Origin: Piedraia hortae CBS 480.64
Taxonomy: Eukaryota
Direction: 5' to 3'
Assembly (NCBI GenBank): GCA_010093745.1
Contig: MU005992.1
Coordinates: forward strand, 1-64,000
Length of the DNA: 64,000 bases
Below, one piece after another: positions 1-11,959 of this stretch. The position numbers were made by a program, and so were the translations under genes. The notes under the pieces are model-generated. The model saw nothing but the letters and a program-made list of their open reading frames with translations. It searched no databases and was not told the origin of the DNA. How positions within the stretch are numbered: the stretch's first letter is position 1; every line of letters begins with the position of its first letter.

Positions 1-89
1 TCGTAGCTCATGGTCTCTGGAAGCTCCGCTTTCGCTTCGAGACTCAATTTGAATAGCGCTTGTTAGCGGTAGAGCCCGGGCTCATAACC

Positions 90-213
90 TATTATAATTG
101 TGAGCAGATGTGTACCTGCATACAAATCTCTACGGAAAACTAGTTGACGCGTGAAGTCGAGAGCCGAGCGACGGTTACTAATAATGCGCGTAATATACCG
201 CATATTCACAACA
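90..213 (-). mobile_element. Short solo-LTR-like element, family Q, copy 1 (124 bp)
   Basis: Near-identical inverted copy of 22114-22237; reads TGTTGT...ATAATA on the minus strand; flanks (TAACC/GTGCC) do not match here. Confidence 0.65.
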
Positions 214-449
214 GTGCCTCTTGCAGTCTGTGCGGTCGCTGGCGGAGACTTCTCGGATGGTAACGCTTAAGAAGGTTGGGGAACCGAGTCAGCAGATGAT
301 CTTATTGTCTGATGGAACCATGCCGGTTCTGGAGGTAAGCCATCCCCGTGCGCCGGTTCATTTTGGAAGCGGGAAAGAGAGCGAGAACCCTGGTCAGGCT
401 TTGGGATGCCGTACATTGCGCCAAGATATGGCGACGAGCTAGGCATGTA

Positions 450-1210
450 TCTCACCGCTTGGCTTGACGTTGGGGTAAAGCATTTCCCCCCTCTCGTCTT
501 CTTAATGGCCATTGGATTCGAGTCATAGACATGACGCGATTTTGGTACTTTTTTGGCCCAGGATGACTAATTTCAGGTTCTGACAGGGAGTACTTCACAG
601 AGTTGAGCATTGGAGGTGCGTCTAGCATCTCGAAGCCAGGCTCAATGAAGTTAACGTCGATGCAGGTACGCGACAAAACGATAGGTGTGTTATTTAGCAA
701 GATGCCCCTGATTACGGAACCTCCTGTACCCCTCCGGACAGCATAAAATTGAGGCGCAATCGTGCGGAGCTAAGGAACGGAATTGAATGTTCCCGTATTT
801 GATTCAGTCATACTTGTAGTGAACGTCACCGCCCGCGATGAAGCTCCGGCCTGTGTGAGTGAACTGGAACACACCGATGTGGCAGATCTCTTTTGTTGTA
901 GCCTTCACCGCATGGAAAGGGACAATTTCGTCAGGCCCGTCCGCTTCAGCGGTAGATGTGCGCCAATTGTGGACCCCAATTGCATTCGGAACATTTTCAA
1001 GCTCTTCCAAGTTCTCATTGCAAATCATCCCATCACATTCTTCAGCGCAGCCATTTTAGTTATGGAGCTAGGCTCCCTAACTGTTAGCACCCGGCTGGGG
1101 ATGTCCCAAGCAGGTGGCGTCTATGATATTTTCTTCCGAGGCATCTGCATCCCTGTCTCAGAGTTCCTAAAACCCCATCTCTCAACATTCCTCCTGAGGA
1201 GGAACCCTTC
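450..1210 (-). mobile_element. Possible degenerate non-LTR (LINE-like) endonuclease relic
   Basis: Fragments in shifting frames: LRRNVERW, IDATCLGHP, FIAGGDVH, CIDVNF, loosely resembling APE endonuclease motifs (QWN, D-x-x-x-LQEP, GDFN, TIDL); heavily decayed. Confidence 0.25.
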
Positions 1211-1523
1211 CATTCGTCCAACCTTCTCTCAAAGGCCGCCCTGGAATCTTGAAAGCCCTTCGTCGTAGTAGAAGACTGGAAGATTTGGGGGCTTCCCTGG
1301 TAGATTTCCAATACGGGAGTGACTGGGGCTTATGATGAGCCTTTGCTCTGGCACAGTCATCACAGAGGAAGTCTTTTGGCCTGGGCGGTGCTAGAGCCCC
1401 ATCTGCGAAGAGTTATATGGATGTATCGATCTTGGAGTTACTAAGAGCCTCGTGGAACTCGACAAGAACATTGCGTTGTTTCCTACTTCTTGAACTGGAA
1501 CAAGGAATCCGCCCTGGCTATAT

Positions 1524-1878
1524 TGAAAAGACAGATAGTATGTACGAGTGAGAACGATGGATGGAAAGTAGAGATGTTATTTATGAGTGAATACAAGTAT
1601 GTCTTCGAGGGAATATCAGAGAATATATTTTGGGCTGGAAAGCCCGTGCGTAGCCTCGTATGAAGAGTCATCAATTGTATGACCGTAAGCAAGTGGTTAT
1701 ACATGCAGTCTTACTCCATGATTCACCTCAAACAGTAGCAGGGCGCATTCACCATGTCGCATGCGACATGACCCTGAGGGAAACCTCTGTGAGGACAAAA
1801 CCTAGGGTGCAGCTGCTGGTGTAAGAGGTGTCGCGCAGTGGCATCATACACTGATAGCAACGAGACTTCATGCCAACA
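1524..1878 (-). mobile_element. Solo LTR, family E (diverged copy)
   Basis: TG...CCAACA ends with TATAT on both sides (1519-1523, 1879-1883); shares the CATTCRCC...ACCCTGAGGG-AAACCTCTGTGAGG core and tail with 13827-14178 and 24272-24635. Confidence 0.7.
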
Positions 1879-1908
1879 TATATCTCCCAAAAATGATGCC
1901 CACCCCGC

Positions 1909-2760
1909 TTATCGAGAGAAGACATTGCCGCCAGTCTCCCTGAGCTCGATGCCCTGAGTGCGTATTTGTGGCCAGCTAAAAAGACGGGTTGAGTTCAGCT
2001 CGCTACTGTAAGTGACGTTGGACATCGTGATCGACTTGGTGCTTCGTTTGAACACGACGTCTCTTTCTCTGCAGCTCTGCCTGGTAATCCCTCCACATTG
2101 TCTGTGCCATTTGCTCCTTTTTCCGCTAATTGGTATGGGCGGCAGGGCTACTTCCATCGCCTCAACGGCGGCATCATTCCCGAACATGTTGTGCACATCC
2201 GGCATCGGCTCAGGAGCCCTTTCTGCATCAAAACGTTGGAGGCGGTTCTGGATGTTATGGAGAGCCCCCAATACGCAGATAAGCTTGATCTGGATCCCCG
2301 TATCAAACTCTGGAGCAGCATCGAAGATTTGGAATCGGCGTTTGAACACGCCGAAGCAACGCTTGATGGCGCCCCGAAGCTGCGCGTAGCGGAGATTGAA
2401 CAACTCTTTGGGTGTGGCAGGCGCAACGCTCGCCATTTGATCGCGAACGTAGTATCTGACACCTCGATATGGGACCAACACCAGGTGGGAGTTCAAATAC
2501 CCGGCATCACCAAGGAATAAAAATCTGATCCTGATGGCCCAGCATCCAACACACACCCATTATGGGTTACGCCCTCATACCAAGCAAAGATATCGATGAG
2601 ATTGCCCTCAAAATGACAAATGGCCAGGATATTCTGCATCAAGTTGCCATGACAACCTCCGTAAGGGGCCTGATCGCCCTCAGCAAACGCAAGCTCCCAG
2701 AACATCCAAAGATTGGTCCAACAACGCGGCAGTTAAAACCAGTGGTGCATACAAATTGAA
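1909..2760 (-). mobile_element. PIF/Harbinger DDE transposase relic (DDE_Tnp_4-like), frameshifted
   Basis: QNILAICHFEG...AWYEGVTHNGCVL, LGDAGY...LVPYRGVRYY, KELFNLRYAQLRGAIKRCFGVFKRRFQI, LHN; motifs split across frames. Confidence 0.8.
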
Positions 2761-2769
2761 AGGTTGGGA

Positions 2770-3780
2770 ATTTCAGGGTCGATGAGCACCCCAACCCAGA
2801 GCTCAAAACGGTACCAGCAATAGTTTCAAGCTTCAGCAGGATCGAGTTGAAACTGCAACATGTGCATTTAGTGAAATCGTAATACGAGTTTCGCTGTATC
2901 TGCTAATATGTCGTTTGTCCAAAGTTCGCCATGTTGCATATTTCCAGATGTCACCCATTGCCCTTGTTCTTTGTATGGGAAGTTTGGAAGTAGCTTGAGT
3001 GGGGTCGCAAAGGCAAGCTTGAAAGGATTACTACGAGGTTGAGTATTCCACCCGCTTGGCGAAGTAATGATCAATGCGTGGTCTATGGCGTACTGTTTCC
3101 AGATATTCCTCCAGGCGCGTGACATCTCATACTACATACGTAGTGGAGCAATTCCCAACCATGAGCTGGATTCTAGGTGCACATCCGTCGTAATTCGTGC
3201 TTAGAGCAAGGTCGTCATCTTTCAACCACTTCGCGATATCTTTTCGACCATACGCAACCAGATTGGCCTTGCTGACTTGGTTCTTTGAGCCACCTGGTCT
3301 TTTTGGTCACCAAAGATGCGTCTAGACAAACTTTTAAAGATCTTGCGCCCTGTGACTTGGAAAAGCGCGGGATCTTTGAAATCCTCGACAGTTGCAGTGA
3401 GAGCTGCCTGACGTATCGGTAACCGTGTGTTACCAACCCTTGTAGCACCCATGGGGTCATCGCAATAAATGAGCGTGTTGGAGGTGTGCGATGAGCAGGC
3501 TGACTTATAGCATGTTTCGTGCCGTTCAGCTTAGTCTGCCCGTTGGACGATCAATAGTCCCACATATTGGGCCGCCAAGGCAATGTTCTCAGAATTGAAA
3601 GGAGGCGTTAGCACATCTCCTTGACAACAAATCCAGAACCGTTCTGAGTCCTTTTTCACGGCCCGAGCGACCTTTCTTTGCGTAAGCTTCACAAAAAATA
3701 CTGAAGGACCTTTGCTGATACTTGAAATTGCTCTTAAGGGTGATTTCATTGGGAAGGATGACCTTTGGGGCCACGGGCGG
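2770..3780 (-). mobile_element. Possible Mutator-like (MULE) transposase relic
   Basis: FCEAYAKKG, FKLAFATPLKLLPNFPY and AEA*NYCWY fragments resemble FAR1/MULE motifs; many stops. Confidence 0.35.
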
Positions 3781-4399
3781 CGGCTTTTGTTAACGACCTT
3801 TTGTACTTTACACTGTAGATATGCGAAAGGGCCGCATATCCAGTTATAAGTCGAAAGCGAAGCAGAAGAAATGTTGCGTAAAATGCCTGAGCTCTTTAAT
3901 TGAGTACATGCATGTATTACTGGTGTGGCGCGTATCCTGTAGGCAATTAGACGACGCCCACCCCACAAAAAAGTGGTGATCTAGCGCAGCGTCATGTGCA
4001 ATATGGACACGGAGAGCGGGAACAAGAACAGTATCTGTGATTCTGTGTTCATTGTGTTGAGTTGTATTCTCATGTTGTGAGAAAGTGAGGGGCTGAGGTA
4101 AAGTGCCACGCAGTGGACAAAATTGACGTCCTTCAGCGCTCTCGCGCGACAACAATCAGTATTTAACATGCAATAAGTCCATCAATATAGCAGTCACACG
4201 CTGAAAACAAAACTCAGTAGAAGGAGCAGCAGCCACAGATCCTGGTGCGTCCTTTCTTGTGAAGTTCCGTTTGATCAATGGTCAGCTAAACGAGGTTTTG
4301 GTGAGAATACTTGAACATGCTCAGAGCATGCCGATTTCTTGCTGCAAGAAGCCGCGTGAGTTTGCGAGAGTGCTAAGGAGGGACACTAAATTTGTCCAC

Positions 4400-4578
4400 C
4401 GCATGAGTGCCTCGACTGCCCCACCTTCCGGCACAGTCCGGACCGCATCCGCCGTGACCACATTATGTGACGTGACCGCGTTCCAAGGGAAACATCCTGT
4501 GAGGTAAAAACCCAGAGAAGTCTAGCCCTATATGCTCACGTGCTCATAGCAACGATGCTTCATGCCAACACTCCCCCC
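4400..4578 (-). mobile_element. LTR remnant with adjacent polypurine tract (copia-like 3' LTR start)
   Basis: Minus strand reads GGGGGGAG|TGTTGGCATG; contains a degenerate copy of the shared hairpin core at about 4481-4519; left boundary approximate. Confidence 0.55.
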
Positions 4579-4839
4579 GAAGCGAGTTGCTGTGAAAGCG
4601 TGCTACATTGCCGATTGGTAGGGGTGAAGCATTAGTGTAAAGGTGACTCTTGTTGTTGAGAAGTATCAGTGCCATACCTCGGCCTGATAACAAAGACTAT
4701 ACAAAAAAAAAGCTAACAAATGGCCAGTCGAAACCCCGAAGCCTCAGGTTGAATTGCGCAAGTGTGATGCCAATGTATTTTTGGATCGTCTGAACATGTC
4801 CAGTCCATGGGTCGACCCCTCATTCCAACTCACCCTCCC

Positions 4840-4985
4840 GACGGTAGCTGGGCACATTCGTCATAGTTCACATGACATGACCCTACGGAAAATTGTCAGG
4901 AAAAAGCTTTTACGCAGCAGTTGGTATTGGAGGGGTCGATGACGTGCTGTGCAGATACCGCACACACCTTCTAGCGGCGATTTCA
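4840..4985 (-). repeat. Degenerate family E LTR fragment
   Basis: GGCACATTCG...CATGACATGACCCT...GGTATTG...CTAGCGGCG aligns by eye with 14035-14172. Confidence 0.45.
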
Positions 4986-5283
4986 CTGTAATTTCACATT
5001 ATTTACCCGAAACGTGATGCGCACAATACTTTCTTCCAGATTAACAAAGCTCGGTCATTGCTCGAAACCCCAATATCACAGAGCAAGTTCCTTCCTTCCC
5101 TGTCGCAATGCTCCACCTTTAGCATGGGCCGATCACGTATTGCATTGATGGTTGCCAGCTGACTGGCTTATTTCGCATTCCTTGGATAGGCAGGCGTCGC
5201 CTTGGAAGCAGGTACTTCAGCTCTCCTCGCAACCACATGTTCACCTTTCCACTCTCCACATACAACATCTCCAGTTTGCAATC

Positions 5284-6675
5284 ATGCTGCCAATTCAAAT
5301 TACGACCCAAGTGTCCGAAGAAGCCAAACGCTTTCTGCGGGCGGCTGCTACTAGCGAATCCCTTGGTCGCTTCTCCGATGCTTTTGAATGGTATCTCAAA
5401 GCCCTCGAAATCCAGGAGTCTACCTTAGGGCCGAACAATATCTCTATGCTCACGACGGTGAACCGTGCTGCATCGATGTTGAGACGTTGTGCTTGGCCTC
5501 TTCACTTGCTCTCCGTGTATGAGATGTTTCTCTCTCTGGCCAGGCACGCACTCGGAATTTACAGTCCGATTACCTTGAAGGTGTACATGGACCTGGGCGG
5601 GGTCTGCGCTGAGATTGCAGTAATATCTGATGACACGGACAGTGTACTGGAGGGGCTCGTGGACAATTCCAATCAGGGTGGAGGCGTGAATGCGTCTCGC
5701 ACATGGACTGCTCCGTTGCCTCCGCAAGTGAATGGTTTCCACAAACAAGAGAACAGTAACGCTCAGCCGGATGGGTCATCTTTGCGGAAAGCCCCGAAAC
5801 CCTTCAAATATCCGTTATGGGGAGACGTTGTGCACGCTGAAGATCAATACACAAAAGTGCTCCGATCACTCGTGAAAGCCGACCAAGAAAACCCCAAGAT
5901 GTTTCAACAGAGCACCCAAAACTTTTACATCCAAAAAGCCGAGCGCTACTACCTCCACGCTAGGGATGGTTTCCGCATGACACGCAACTGGGAGGGCATT
6001 GCAATGTGCCTTGAGAAACTCGGCGAATTGTACAGTCAGATGGGAAAGTGGCCAGCTGCACTTGACGCAATGAAGCAAGCACTCGAGCACAGTCGTGAAC
6101 ACCTGTCGTGGCTGGACGAGAAAGTCCTTGAACGTGCTACCAAAGTTGCAATATATGCAAACCAGACAGGCGATCTACTCCTGGCGCGCGAGATGACTCG
6201 ACATGTATTTGAGGGTTACAATACCCTCCATGGCCCTACTGCAAGCGAAACACTCAATGTACTCCTGGAGCGGGGCAAGGTTGAGCACAGATTAGGATCG
6301 GAAGCAAATGCTGAGGTCTATTACGAGAAGGCGCTGAAAGGATACGTGACTGTGGTTCCACCAGGAGATCCTTTCTTGAAATCTGTTGTGAACAACCTGA
6401 AAGGATATTATGCCGCGGCACACTCTGAGTGGAAGAAAAGAGAGGAAACACACATCAAATTTGACAAGAATGGTCAGCAACTGGGCTCAAGCTTGAAGAT
6501 TGATCCCTTTCAAAATTTTGTTGTTTACGGCCTCGAGCCCGAGTTTTTATCTGGAGATGGGATCGAGGAGCTGCTGAAGAAAGTTGGGTTGACGGAAGAT
6601 GGCACTTTAGCAGCGAAACACGAGCAACTAGTGATCTTGAGGATGCCAAACGAGGAGCCGAGAGCGGTACTGTAA
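5284..6675 (+). CDS. Stand-alone TPR-repeat protein (kinesin-light-chain/NLR-type TPR), paralog 1
   Basis: Open ORF (ATG 5284 within the 507-aa ORF); repeats such as YLKALEIQESTLGPNN, FEGYNTLHGPTASETL, YEKALKGY. Confidence 0.8.
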   Translation: MLPIQITTQVSEEAKRFLRAAATSESLGRFSDAFEWYLKALEIQESTLGPNNISMLTTVNRAASMLRRCAWPLHLLSVYEMFLSLARHALGIYSPITLKVYMDLGGVCAEIAVISDDTDSVLEGLVDNSNQGGGVNASRTWTAPLPPQVNGFHKQENSNAQPDGSSLRKAPKPFKYPLWGDVVHAEDQYTKVLRSLVKADQENPKMFQQSTQNFYIQKAERYYLHARDGFRMTRNWEGIAMCLEKLGELYSQMGKWPAALDAMKQALEHSREHLSWLDEKVLERATKVAIYANQTGDLLLAREMTRHVFEGYNTLHGPTASETLNVLLERGKVEHRLGSEANAEVYYEKALKGYVTVVPPGDPFLKSVVNNLKGYYAAAHSEWKKREETHIKFDKNGQQLGSSLKIDPFQNFVVYGLEPEFLSGDGIEELLKKVGLTEDGTLAAKHEQLVILRMPNEEPRAVL

Positions 6676-7785
6676 TGTTTTTAGGGCAGTTGCGTCTATG
6701 ATTGGGATAGACTCAATTTGTATACTTGTTGTTTTGATTGGATTTCTTTGGCCATTTTCGTATGGTTCTGGTGTGGCTTCGTCGCTGTAACAAAAGCTCT
6801 CTGCCGTCAAACCATAATTCGGCCATAAAAGAAACCTTGTAGCTTTATTAGATGCCGTGTTTGCATGAGTGTAATATATGTCATGCCAAGTGTCATTAAC
6901 GTGCTACAATTACATGTGATCTAGTTCCCTGCGTACGTCAGCAGTCCTTGCTTTCATCCTGACTACACCTCAACGGTGGTAGATGTAGATAACACTCACC
7001 TTCATTCTTGCGTGTTTCAGCAGTTGCTAAGATTGTCTGTTGCATTTTGTTGGCCTTCAATCAGGCAAGAAGGTATGTAGATCCACAAGCGGTCATCAAA
7101 AAGTTGAATTTAGCCTTTACTGTTCAAAAGTTATCAAGGACATATCACTAGCGGCCTAATCTTGACGCACGGAAGGCCACCCAATAGGAACTAGCTTGTC
7201 TGATGGCCAATTACATCATTCACCTGTGTTAGAATTCTGTTTTGAATAGAAAGATTGGACGACTGTGGAGGGGTGAAAAGATTAATCTCAAGTCACTATT
7301 CTTCCTCTGAAGGTCTGACTTTACATACAATAAATTCCGATGCCCCCAGCCTTCCGTTGAGGAGCCCAACCTCTTTCCAACCCCTTCACAAGCCTTTTCT
7401 CTAGCCACCCCAACCTCTGCAGATTATTTGTCTTAGTGCGTAGGGCAACTTGGTGCTGGAAGCTACCGAGGAGCAACATGACCAGCGTCGGCTTAGTCTC
7501 AACAAATTCATGCATAACTTGGTAATGCCAATCAGCAGTTTATGCTTCATTTTTTGCCTCCGACCTCACTTTCGCGTATTTAATACCCCCGACCGGTACA
7601 TCAAATGTAGCATTTGTTTTCGCAAGGATTTCATGAAACATTTTCCATGAAGATGCTCATTGGCTGGCCCTCTTTTCTGAATTTTCCAGAAAAGGCAGGC
7701 AATACCCAGGAGGAGATGACTTAAACTTGCGCGAACTGTTGTTCACTTCCATTCAAGTTTCAAACGACAAGCAGAGGTTGCGAGA

Positions 7786-9290
7786 ATGCGCCTTGTACAA
7801 CCCAAAGACCATGCGTCTAAGCTGGACAACGAGTCCCAATCAGACAACGGGTGCGATGCAAACAGCAGTGTCGAAGCAGGTTATGTACCTGAAGAGACGG
7901 AGCGTCTCCTCCGCGCCGGCCAACCGAGCGAGACCCTCGGGCACAACTCTGACGCCTTGGAGTGGTATTTACAAGCCTTTGAGTCTCGTAAACCCACCTT
8001 GAGGCCCAACAATGTTTCTATACCTTCTACCTTTCAACTGGCTGTGAAGATGTATCAAAAAGCAAATCAGCCGATCCAGATGCTCGACTTTTATGAGCGC
8101 TGTTCTAATAAGCAGCGGCACCTCACAGGTATGTCAGTATACATGCGTATCTAGAGCTACACAAGAAAATTTCCGAGTACTCGAGCCCTGGTCAGGGATG
8201 TAGGTCATCACCTGTGGATCGCTCCGTGGCGACCTGCACAACAAGCACTTTCTTCGCACCATCAGAAGCGCGCTTGGGGAACACAACCTCCATACTATAA
8301 AGGTGTGTACGAAGTTTGCTGATGTCTGCGCTGGTATAGCGGGGATAGCTGATGATGCGGACGGAGTGTGGCCGGGTGTCGCAGGCAACAAAGATGCGGA
8401 CAAGGATTATGGCGACAACGATGATGCCTCAAATTTTCACGGAATGCCACATCCCACGACTGGCTTTATGGCCGAACAAATGAATGGTGTCGGCCCGCAG
8501 GTCAGTTGATTTGTCTCATATGGGAATGGAACATTTCAAGAAAGCCCCTCGATGCTTTTTACATACCCGTCGACTGAAGACGTCGCGTACGCAAAAGCTG
8601 AGAGCGCAGCAGTGCTCAAATCACTCGTGCAGTATGACCGAGGCTTCCCCAAACGGCTTCAACAGAGCACCCGAAAATTCTATTGGGAAAAAAGCTGCCC
8701 GCTACCATAGCCAAGCTTTGGAACTCTTGCACAACATAAACAACCTGGAACGCATTGCCCTCAGCCATCAAAAGCTCGGGTGCCTTTACTATCTAATGGA
8801 AAGGTTGCGGGATGCACTTCATGAGATGACACAATCGTCTGACGCATATCGCACATGTGCGCTGGGTTTAAGCAAGACTGGTCTCTGGCTTGCTTTTAAA
8901 ATCTCCATCCTTGCAAGCATGGTAGGCGACTTTGCCCTTGCGTGCAAGACGAGCCAGAAGGCATGCAATGGTTACACCGCTCTCTATGGTCCTACAGCAT
9001 CCACCACGCTCAGTGCGACGATGAAATTGGGCAGGGTTTACCACAGGATGGGCTCGGAGGCGAACACCGAGGCACAGTACGAGAAGGCACTGAAAGGATA
9101 CATGAAGGTGGTGCCAGCTGGACATCCCTTTTGGACGGCTGCGGTGAGCATCCTCAGGGATGATTATGCCGCGGTCCATGCTCAGTGGCGGAAAAAGATA
9201 CAGAAGTCCACAGTCGAAGACAAGCAGTCGAGTATCGAGCCTCACTTTGTTCCCGGCGTCGGTATCGAACAATTGTTGGAAAACATCTAG
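7786..9290 (+). pseudogene. TPR paralog 2, pseudogene (tandem duplicate of 5284-6675)
   Basis: Colinear with paralog 1 (ALEWYLQA, GYTALYGPTASTTL, GSEANTEAQYEKALKGY); broken by an insertion at 8101-8243 and a frameshift near 8500. Confidence 0.8.
8101..8243. mobile_element. 143-bp solo-LTR-like insertion in TPR paralog 2
   Basis: TGTT...AACA ends, TSD AGCGC/AGCAC; removing it plus one TSD restores the frame FYER-FLRTIRSALG, matching VYEM-FLSLARHALG of paralog 1. Confidence 0.75.
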
Positions 9291-9476
9291 TGCAGGAATG
9301 AAACCACCGCAAGCACAACTGAACACAACACATTAAGGGACTGGTCAGGTATGATGTGGCTTGAACGAATGGTGGTCACGTTTCCGCGTTGTAGGTTTAT
9401 GTTATATGGCTGGTAAATTGGCTAAAAGCTTAGTCAAAACCTCTGGTAGAGTTTTGGGCGCCCAGCTTCACTTTCT

Positions 9477-9598
9477 TGTAGTTAAAGGGGACGAACTGCT
9501 AGTGTGAGTACAATGGGACGTAAACATATATATAGTTTTTTCATATACTGCATACATGAGGGGACGTTGTTCATGTTCATCACGTAACACATCCTTCA
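9477..9598. repeat. Short LTR-like repeat, family M, copy 1
   Basis: Aligns with 13568-13683 and 22738-22856 (AGTTAAAGGGGACGAACTG...CACATCCTTCA); TG...CA ends; TSD only 3/5. Confidence 0.7.
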
Positions 9599-10041
9599 GC
9601 TCTTGTTGACCTGAAAATTAGCTGGGCAAGAATTACCATAATAAGGGCACCGACGTGTAGATATGACGTCTACAGCGCCAAGTCTCATGTGGCACGCCAC
9701 TCCCGAAGCGGTGTAGACTCGAAGAGAAGGATCACCATCGCGCGTGCAAACTTTACACCAAAGCAGGGCGGATTATTGGTATTGCTAGCCAAAGAAGTCG
9801 ATGTTTCGGTCCACGTTAGAGGTGATACATTTGAAATGCGAATTCTCGCTTTCGCGATGACAAAAGTCCTCTCCTGCTCTCCAAAAAGCGTTGAAGAACC
9901 AAACCACACCTAAGAACGTCTCACACAAAAAGTCATGAGCTCGTGAAATTCGTACTGTTGTTCTGGTTCAGAAGCTGACTGTGATGGCACTCTAGATTAT
10001 GATGTAATCTTCTGCATCAGGAAGGACCTGCCAGTAGGCTG

Positions 10042-11616
10042 ATGTCAGCTCAATACGTAACGAACTTGTTTGCATCTTGCACAACAGAACACAACGCAGA
10101 TTTCATTTTTGAGCTAAGAAAAGAACTGTATTCTCGCTTGCACAATAGTCAAATGCTGCCACTCAATATCGACATGTTTGCACGACTGCTGGAGAACATT
10201 GCTATTGTGGGCAAATCTAGTGTTTCGCAGGAGGAAAAGCAGATGGCACTAAAAGCCCTTGACGAGCTCGCAAACAATGGAATGGTGACACACAAACATA
10301 CAGAGTTCGCAGCTGATGCTTTGGAGCTTGCCGGAATGCCTCTCGAAGCACTCAAATGGCTCGAGAAGCTGCTGATGGTGCAACTTCCCATTTTGGATCC
10401 AAACAACCTCCAAGCACTGAAGATCTTGAATCGAATGCACGTAATTTGTCAGAAGCATGACGCGTTAAAGAGGTTGATACCAGCATTAGAAATTGTGTGG
10501 CCGGTAGCCAACGATAAGCTGGGGTTAGTGTCTTTGGACACGATAAAAATTGCCTCCACGCTGGCCAATTTATATCAAAAATTCGGGCATCAGTACCTGG
10601 ACAAGATTGAATATCTCTATCTACGCGCCTTGGAAGGGTCCAGAAGGCTGTCACAGTCGTTCAGGATTGTGGCTATCGGCACGAAGTTGAGTGAGCTTTA
10701 TCTGAAGCGAAGGCAGCTCTTGGAGGCCAGAAGAATGCTCCGACACACTTTCTGGATTGCCAAAAAGAGTTTATCTTGGAAAGATTCCAGGATGTTAAGG
10801 GTGGTTCACGATCTTGGAATTGTTTATAGGTGCTTGGGCATAAACCTACGTGCTGCCATGGCCCTTGATTGGGCTTGGAAAGGGTATAGAGAAGCACTGG
10901 GACTTCAAGCGGAAGAAACATTGCTAGTCGCTCTTGATTCTGCAAAGCTTTGCCACGCCATGGGCATCATGAAAAAGGCTGAGGAGTGGTACTCGATTGC
11001 GTTTGAGGGTTTTCTCGATACCGTTGGAAAGAACAGCCCTCTCACTATTGAAACTGTTGCGGCCATGCACCGCTTCTATAGATATCTTCGCCGTGATAAC
11101 GAGGCGCGGATACTTGCTGATTGGTTGGGAACCAAGGGCTATGAACCAATGAGGGACCAGATGGCGATTAGAGTGTTTCCTGTCTACGAGCCCAATGAAA
11201 TCCCCTTGCTCGATCCCCCACCTGGTGATGAAGATGAAGATTTTAATCTCACTCACCCTGGCGTACCGACCATCGATAGAGAAATTTTGGATCATGGAGT
11301 CCGGCATTTGCATTCCAACCTTACATTCAGCAATGAGCGAATGCCTGTTCAGAGCGATGGAACCTCTCATCATCGCCCACCCATGGGTCCGCCGATGGGC
11401 TCACTGATGCACCCGCCCATTGGCCTGCACATTAGAGTGACGGAATCTTCAGGAAATGGCTCAGCGCAAAATTCCTCAAATGAGTTTCGGAGGGAAAGCA
11501 TTAAGATCTCCCAGCTTCTGAATGAGGGCACAAGTCCAAGCCGAAAGAGGTCATACGAACCAGACGGCAGCAAAGAAGGAAGGCTAAGCAAAAGACAGAG
11601 CGGAGCCAAATGGTAA
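10042..11616 (+). CDS. Stand-alone TPR-repeat protein, paralog 3
   Basis: 524-aa ORF; YLRALEG, WAWKGYREALGLQAEETL, AFEGFLDTVGKNSPLTI repeats; low-complexity C-terminus with basic NLS-like patches. Confidence 0.8.
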   Translation: MSAQYVTNLFASCTTEHNADFIFELRKELYSRLHNSQMLPLNIDMFARLLENIAIVGKSSVSQEEKQMALKALDELANNGMVTHKHTEFAADALELAGMPLEALKWLEKLLMVQLPILDPNNLQALKILNRMHVICQKHDALKRLIPALEIVWPVANDKLGLVSLDTIKIASTLANLYQKFGHQYLDKIEYLYLRALEGSRRLSQSFRIVAIGTKLSELYLKRRQLLEARRMLRHTFWIAKKSLSWKDSRMLRVVHDLGIVYRCLGINLRAAMALDWAWKGYREALGLQAEETLLVALDSAKLCHAMGIMKKAEEWYSIAFEGFLDTVGKNSPLTIETVAAMHRFYRYLRRDNEARILADWLGTKGYEPMRDQMAIRVFPVYEPNEIPLLDPPPGDEDEDFNLTHPGVPTIDREILDHGVRHLHSNLTFSNERMPVQSDGTSHHRPPMGPPMGSLMHPPIGLHIRVTESSGNGSAQNSSNEFRRESIKISQLLNEGTSPSRKRSYEPDGSKEGRLSKRQSGAKW

Positions 11617-11780
11617 TGCTTTGAAGTTAATGCTTTTAAATTTGTACTAACAGATGGAAAAAGTTGAGTAGAATATCCTTGCTCACTTTGCATTTCTCTG
11701 TGCCGCTCTGAGTAGGCATTTTGACTGTGCTGATGCAATTCCCAACGCTCCAAGGAAAGTAGAAGATATTGGTAAAAAAA

Positions 11781-11899
11781 ACTTACAGCAACGGGGATTC
11801 CCAAGTGGTCACCCAACGTGGTACTAATCCACCGGTTTGCAGCTTAAGTTCAGAAGAGCGGACGGGATCCTCTGTTCTCTACAACCTATGGCCGTAAGT
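11781..11899 (-). rRNA. 5S rRNA gene (dispersed copy)
   Basis: 119 nt ACTTACGGCCATA...GATCCCGTCCGCTC...TTAGTAC...GGGTGACCA...GAATCCC...GCTGTAAGT; complementary ends (helix I), oligo-T terminator at 11774-11780, TATAAAT about 25-31 nt upstream. Confidence 0.95.
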
Positions 11900-11959
11900 G
11901 AGCATTTATCTTGGCTAATAGGAATTTATACCCATAGCAAATTTATAATTAAGTAGATT

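Noticed and set aside
1524..4570. A single LTR-bounded composite element carrying a Harbinger transposase
   Set aside because: The two LTRs belong to different subfamilies, the left one has its own TSD, and the PPT lies outside the interval
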